Shown: piece after piece, positions 1 through 64,000 of the stretch | Layout: every line of letters starts with the position of its first letter | How positions within the stretch are numbered: position 1 is the first letter of the stretch | NCBI GenBank assembly: GCA_030141605.1 | Contig: JAQGDQ010000863.1 | Location: 1 to 64,000 of the forward strand | Direction: 5' to 3' | Length of the DNA: 64,000 nt | Source: Tubiluchus corallicola | Lineage: Eukaryota > Animalia > Priapulida | Notes under the pieces: model-generated | The model's database searches: none | Seen by the model: only the letters and a program-made list of their open reading frames with translations | What the model was told of the DNA's origin: nothing | Program-made: the position numbers and the translations under genes

Positions 1-3000
1 CAATGGTTCACCACTGTTTAAGATTGCTAGCTGTCGTAAGGTGTGGTTAGTTATGCAGTATAAAAATTCACTCAATGGTTCACCACTGTTTAAGATTGCT
101 AGCTGTCGTAAGGTGAGATTAGTTATGCAGTATAAAAATTCAGTCAATGGTCCAGCACTGTTTAAGATTGCTAGCTGTCGTAAGGTGAGATTAGTTATGC
201 ACTATAAAAATTCAGTCAATGGTCCAGCACTGTTTAAGATGGCTAGCTGTCGTAAGGTGAGATTAGTTATGCAGTATAAAAATTCAGTCAATGGTCCAGC
301 ACTGTTTAAGATGGCTAGCTGTCGTAAGGTGAGATTAGTTATGCAGTATAAAAATTCAGTCAATGGTTCACCACTGTTTAAGATTGCTAGCTGTCGTAAG
401 GTGAGATTAGTTATGCAGTATAAAAATTCACTCAATGGTTCACCACTGTTTAAGATTGCTAGCTGTCGTAAGGTGAGATTAGTTATGCAGTATAAAAATT
501 CACTCAATGGTTCACCACTGTTTAAGATTGCTAGCTGTCGTAAGGTGAGCTTAGTTATGCAGTATAAAAATTCACTCAATGGTTCACCACTGTTTAAGAT
601 TGCTAGCTGTCGTAAGGTGAGATTAGTTATGCAGTATAAAAATTCACTCAATGGTTCACCACTGTTTAAGATTGCTAGCTGTCGTAAGGTGAGATTAGTT
701 ATGCAGTATAAAAATTCACTCAATGGTCCAGCACTGTTTAAGATTGCTAGCTGTCGTAAGGTGAGATTAGTTATGCAGTATAAAAATTCAGTCAATGGTT
801 CACCACTGTTTAAGATTGCTAGCTGTCGTAAGGTGAGATTAGTTATGCAGTATAAAAATTCAGTCAATGGTCCACCACTGTTTAAGATTGCTAGCTGTCG
901 TAAGGTGAGATTAGTTATGCAGTATAAAAATTCAGTCAATGGTCCACCACTGTTTAAGATTGCTAGCTGTCGTAAGGTGAGATTAGTTATGCAGTATAAA
1001 AATTCAGTCAATGGTTCACCACTGTTTAAGATTGCTAGCTGTCGTAAGGTGAGATTAGTTATGCAGTATAAAAATTCACTCAATGGTCCAGCACTGTTTA
1101 AGATTGCTAGCTGTCGTAAGGTGTGATTAGTTATGCAGTATAGAAATTCACTCAATGGTTCACCACTGTTTAAGATTGCTAGCTGTCGTAAGGTGAGATT
1201 AGTTATGCAGTATAAAAATTCAGTCAATGGTCCACCACTGTTTAAGATTGCTAGCTGTCGTAAGGTGAGGTTAGTTATGCAGTATAAAAATTCACTCAAT
1301 GGTCCAGCACTGTTTAAGATTGCTAGCTGTCGTAAGGTGAGATTAGTTATGCAGTATAAAAATTCAGTCAATGGTTCACCACTGTTTAAGATTGCTAGCT
1401 GTCGTAAGGTGAGCTTAGTTATGCAGTATAAAAATTCACTCAATGGTTCAGCACTGTTTAAGATTGCTAGCTGTCGTAAGGTGAGATTAGTTATGCAGTA
1501 TAAAAATTCACTCAATGGTTCACCACTGTTTAAGATTGCTAGCTGTCGTAAGGTGAGATTAGTTATGCAGTATAAAAATTCACTCAATGGTTCACCACTG
1601 TTTAAGATTGCTAGCTGTCGTAAGGTGAGATTAGTTATGCAGTGTAAAAATTCAGTCAATGGTCCACCACTGTTTAAGATTGCTAGCTGTCGTAAGGTGA
1701 GGTTAGTTATGCAGTGTAAAAATTCAGTCAATGGTCCACCACTGTTTAAGATTGCTAGCTGTCGTAAGGTGAGATTAGTTATGCAGTATAAAAATTCAGT
1801 CAGTGGTCCACCACTGTTTAAGATTGCTAGCTGTCGTAAGGTGAGCTTAGTTATGCAGTATAAAAATTCACTCAATGGTTCACCACTGTTTAAGATTGCT
1901 AGCTGTCGTAAGGTGAGATTAGTTATGCAGTATAAAAATTCAGTCAATGGTCCATCACTGTTTAAGATTGCTAGCTGTCGTAAGGTGAGGTTAGTTATGC
2001 AGTATAAAAATTCAGTCAATGGTCCATCACTGTTTAAGATTGCTAGCTGTCGTAAGGTGAGGTTAGTTATGCAGTGTAAAAATTCAGTCAATGGTCCACC
2101 ACTGTTTAAGATTGCTAGCTGTCGTAAGGTGAGATTAGTTATGCAGTATAAAAATTCAGTCAGTGGTCCAGCACTGTTTAAGATTGCTAGCTGTCGTAAG
2201 GTGAGCTTAGTTATGCAGTATAAAAATTCAGTCAGTGGTCCACCACTGTTTAAGATTGCTAGCTGTCGTAAGGTGAGCTTAGTTATGCAGTATAAAAATT
2301 CACTCAATGGTTCACCACTGTTTAAGATTGCTAGCTGTCGTAAGGTGAGATTAGTTATGCAGTATAAAAATTCAGTCAATGGTCCATCACTGTTTAAGAT
2401 TGCTAGCTGTCGTAAGGTGAGGTTAGTTATGCAGTATAAAAATTCAGTCAATGGTCCATCACTGTTTAAGATTGCTAGCTGTCGTAAGGTGAGGTTAGTT
2501 ATGCAGTGTAAAAATTCAGTCAATGGTCCACCACTGTTTAAGATTGCTAGCTGTCGTAAGGTGAGCTTAGTTATGCAGTATAAAAATTCACTCAATGGTT
2601 CACCACTGTTTAAGATTGCTAGCTGTCGTAAGGTGAGATTAGTTATGCAGTATAAAAATTCACTCAATGGTTCACCACTGTTTAAGATTGCTAGCTGTCG
2701 TAAGGTGAGATTAGTTATGCAGTATAAAAATTCACTCAATGGTCCACCACTGTTTAAGATTGCTAGCTGTCGTAAGGTGAGATTAGTTATGCAGTATAAA
2801 AATTCACTCAATGGTTCACCACTGTTTAAGATTGCTAGCTGTCGTAAGGTGAGATTAGTTATGCAGTATAAAAATTCACTCAATGGTCCAGCACTGTTTA
2901 AGATTGCTAGCTGTCGTAAGGTGAGATTAGTTATGCAGTGTAAAAATTCAGTCAATGGTTCACCACTGTTTAAGATTGCTAGCTGTCGTAAGGTGAGATT

Positions 3001-4268
3001 AGTTATGCAGTATAAAAATTCACTCAATGGTTCAGCACTGTTTAAGATTGCTAGCTGTCGTAAGGTGAGATTAGTTATGCAGTATAAAAATTCAGTCAAT
3101 GGTCCACCACTGTTTAAGATTGCTAGCTGTCGTAAGGTGAGATTAGTTATGCAGTATAAAAATTCAGTCAGTGGTCCACCACTGTTTAAGATTGCTAGCT
3201 GTCGTAAGGTGAGATTAGTTATGCAGTATAAAAATTCACTCAATGGTTCACCACTGTTTAAGATTGCTAGCTGTCGTAAGGTGAGATTAGTTATGCAGTA
3301 TAAAAATTCAGTCAGTGGTCCACCACTGTTTAAGATTGCTAGCTGTCGTAAGGTGAGATTAGTTATGCAGTATAAAAATTCACTCAATGGTTCACCACTG
3401 TTTAAGATTGCTAGCTGTCGTAAGGTGAGATTAGTTATGCAGTATAAAAATTCACTCAATGGTCCACCACTGTTTAAGATTGCTAGCTGTCGTAAGGTGA
3501 GATTAGTTATGCAGTATAAAAATTCACTCAATGGTTCACCACTGTTTAAGATTGCTAGCTGTCGTAAGGTGAGCTTAGTTATGCAGTATAAAAATTCACT
3601 CAATGGTCCACCACTGTTTAAGATTGCTAGCTGTCGTAAGGTGAGATTAGTTATGCAGTATAAAAATTCACTCAATGGTTCACCACTGTTTAAGATTGCT
3701 AGCTGTCGTAAGGTGAGGTTAGTTATGCAGTATAAAAATTCACTCAATGGTTCACCACTGTTTAAGATTGCTAGCTGTCGTAAGGTGAGATTAGTTATGC
3801 AGTATAAAAATTCAGTCAATGGTCCATCACTGTTTAAGATTGCTAGCTGTCGTAAGGTGTGGTTAGTTATGCAGTATAAAAATTCACTCAATGGTCCACC
3901 ACTGTTTAAGATTGCTAGCTGTCGTAAGGTGAGCTTAGTTATGCAGTATAAAAATTCAGTCAATGGTCCATCACTGTTTAAGATTGCTAGCTGTCGTAAG
4001 GTGAGCTTAGTTATGCAGTATAAAAATTCAGTCAATGGTTCACCACTGTTTAAGATTGCTAGCTGTCGTAAGGTGAGGTTAGTTATGCAGTATAAAAATT
4101 CAGTCAATGGTTCACCACTGTTTAAGATTGCTAGCTGTCGTAAGGTGTGGTTAGTTATGCAGTATAAAAATTCACTCAATGGTTCAGCACTGTTTAAGAT
4201 TGCTAGCTGTCGTAAGGTGAGGTTAGTTATGCAGTATAAAAATTCGTTCAGTGATCCACCACTGTTTA
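1..4268 (+). repeat. 72-bp tandem satellite, ~59 copies (continues upstream of window)
   Basis: Unit AAGATTGCTAGCTGTCGTAAG GTGAGATTAGTTATGCAGTATAAAAATTCA(C/G)TCAATGGT(T/C)CACCACTGTTT. Confidence 0.99.
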
Positions 4269-4411
4269 TTTGCCTGATTAGTTTTGCATTACTGAGTTGG
4301 AAACAGTCGTACGGATTTGCATTTTTTCTAATGCATAAATAATTGCTGGGTGGTGGGATAGAAATTACAAAATTGAAAAGTTTTGACTCGTTGACTTCTT
4401 ACGTCTTTGTG

Positions 4412-4744
4412 CAGGGATGAGAATTTTCCGCGAATACATGGAATTCCGAGTTTTTGGAAGACCAGTAGTGCCATTTTTATAAATCGAGTAAATTCGTTGA
4501 GAAAATTTTTACGGACCCAGTACATTATTTCACAAGCCGACCGCTAGTTGGCAGGCCGTCACTTTGTTTACATCACGTACATCAGTGTAACCACGTGTAT
4601 ATCTCTATGTATAAAAATATAGAGTCAATTGTGCAGAGTTATTTGAGTCAATTGCAGACAGTTTTTATATACTTTTGCATAGGAGCAGCCAGTACTTAGG
4701 CGTTTTTGAGACAATTAGGTATCATGTGTCCTTGATAGTTGGGC
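4412..4744 (+). mobile_element. CAGGG-TIR MITE (hAT-like), 3'-truncated copy
   Basis: Begins CAGGGATGAGAATTTTCC; near-identical to the copies at 24137 and 56284. Confidence 0.8.
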
Positions 4745-5012
4745 AGTTGTGTTTGTGTGAATTATAATATCAGCACACGCTTTGTATGAGAATTTCCAGA
4801 TGATTTTCACCGGGTCGGTAGAGGTGTTAGTATTATTATTATTATAAAAAAAAATTATTAGAAGAGAAATGTGACTAGTTTGAAATGTTTACATCATTTC
4901 AGTTTAGTGGTTTAGTGGTAAATATATTTGCTTTATGAAATCTGAGCAGTTTTTCTAGTTTTTTTTAGTCTAGGTGCTTGAGTATTAATGATGTTATTGT
5001 AATTGTTATTAG

Positions 5013-62944
<57,932 letters not shown>

Positions 62945-63854
62945 ATTTACCATCTTTCCTTGCGCAGGATTTTTTATCATTGTTGTTAACACATGCTTCT
63001 GTAGCAGCGCGGGTTCCTCTGTGAATTTAAATCAGTTGTTAACAATGTTTACAGATCGGTTTTAACCTTTACTGAATTCCGTGGTCGTGTAGCGTCGTGG
63101 GCGTTTTTAGTTTTTCTTCATTAAGCATATCTTCTCGTCCGTAAGCATGTCTTCCTATTCATTGTTGATTATGTGAAAGCTGTGTAATCTCTTAATAACG
63201 TATGTCACGGATATGCTGATGTATTATCAATATTGCATTTATACTTTAGGTACGTTGTAGGTTTAAAAGAGTTGTCTGCTGTTTTAGACATCTCGAGATG
63301 ATAGGACGTTGTAACTTGTGAATCTCCTCGTGTTAGTCTTCTTACGTTTAATGGGGCGTGCGTGTTACAGGACCGCCCAAAACTACTGCTAGTCCATTCC
63401 TTTTTGTTGTGGATTTAGTCTTGTACCATTGTTCTTTCCGATTTGTAAAACGAAGCTCTTAGTTGACATTTTCACAGCAGTCAAGCTTCGCTAAGACATT
63501 TGGAAGCACGGGCAATATTGGCGCATTTTTCTGGTACCCGCTGCTGCTAATAGTTTTGTTAAATAATAATTGTTAAACGTCAACGAAATCAGACGCAGTT
63601 TCTGGACGTGTTCACTTTGTTACAAAGCGTACGTAAAACACATACGGTAGATTAGCATTTGATTTAAATGCTAATGTTCTACCATGTTGTGTTATAATCA
63701 CTATTATATACTTTATAAAATGTTATTTAGTGCTCCTGTTAGCACTTGTAACTCTGTTGAGCTGCAGTTACGTTAGAGCAGAGTTCTGAAGTTGTTTGGA
63801 CACACTATCGTTTCGCGATCTTGCAAAATTGTTACTAATATCAATTAATCTGTA

Positions 63855-63860
63855 AATAAA
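63855..63860 (+). promoter_or_regulatory. candidate polyadenylation signal of the long isoform
   Basis: AATAAA ~0.9 kb after the stop; a second AATAAA lies at 63971. Confidence 0.4.
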
Positions 63861-64000
63861 TTTGGTGTAATTACTCTAAATGGTTGTCGTGTCATAAGAA
63901 AATCATAAGCAATAATAATAATTTCATTTAGGCATAGTCCAGGGATAACGCCGTAACTCCATACTGCTTCAATAAACCCGTGTGCTTGGTCAAACCAGGC

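Noticed and set aside
202-4179. 1325-aa minus-strand ORF with an LRR-like look (LTLRQLAIL)
   Set aside because: It is the antisense reading of a 72-bp (3n) satellite that has no stops by chance. It has no unique N- or C-terminus, and the plus-strand exon-junction origin explains the unit.
1-4268. CRISPR array
   Set aside because: No unique spacers, eukaryotic intron context and no cas genes. The same applies to the other arrays.
41-4342. Plus-strand 361-aa and 1069-aa ORFs as independent genes
   Set aside because: They are satellite translations inside the domino intron.

Overview
Eukaryotic, AT-rich invertebrate-type genomic DNA. One large + strand multi-exon gene occupies almost the whole window: the SWR1-class chromatin remodeler domino (SRCAP/EP400 family). 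Its 5' exons lie upstream of the window. I reconstructed 27 shared coding exons by hand (HSA, split SNF2 ATPase), followed by two alternative C-termini. One is a Dom-B/SRCAP-like read-through terminal exon with two AT-hooks (stop 40571). The other is a Dom-A/EP400-like route of 18 further exons with a SANT domain and polyQ (stop 62944). The introns carry many unrelated tandem arrays, strongly biased to the start of introns. Several arrays, including the 4.2-kb 72-bp satellite at the window start, appear to be amplified copies of the gene's own exon-end plus 5' splice site. The introns also hold a 5S-rRNA-headed SINE family, a CAGGG-ended MITE with 6-bp TSDs, piggyBac, Tc1/pogo and Helitron-like non-autonomous elements, and LINE fragments. 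Most long ORFs in the track are repeat artefacts. Exon structure is from manual GT-AG and frame tracing, without transcript evidence.
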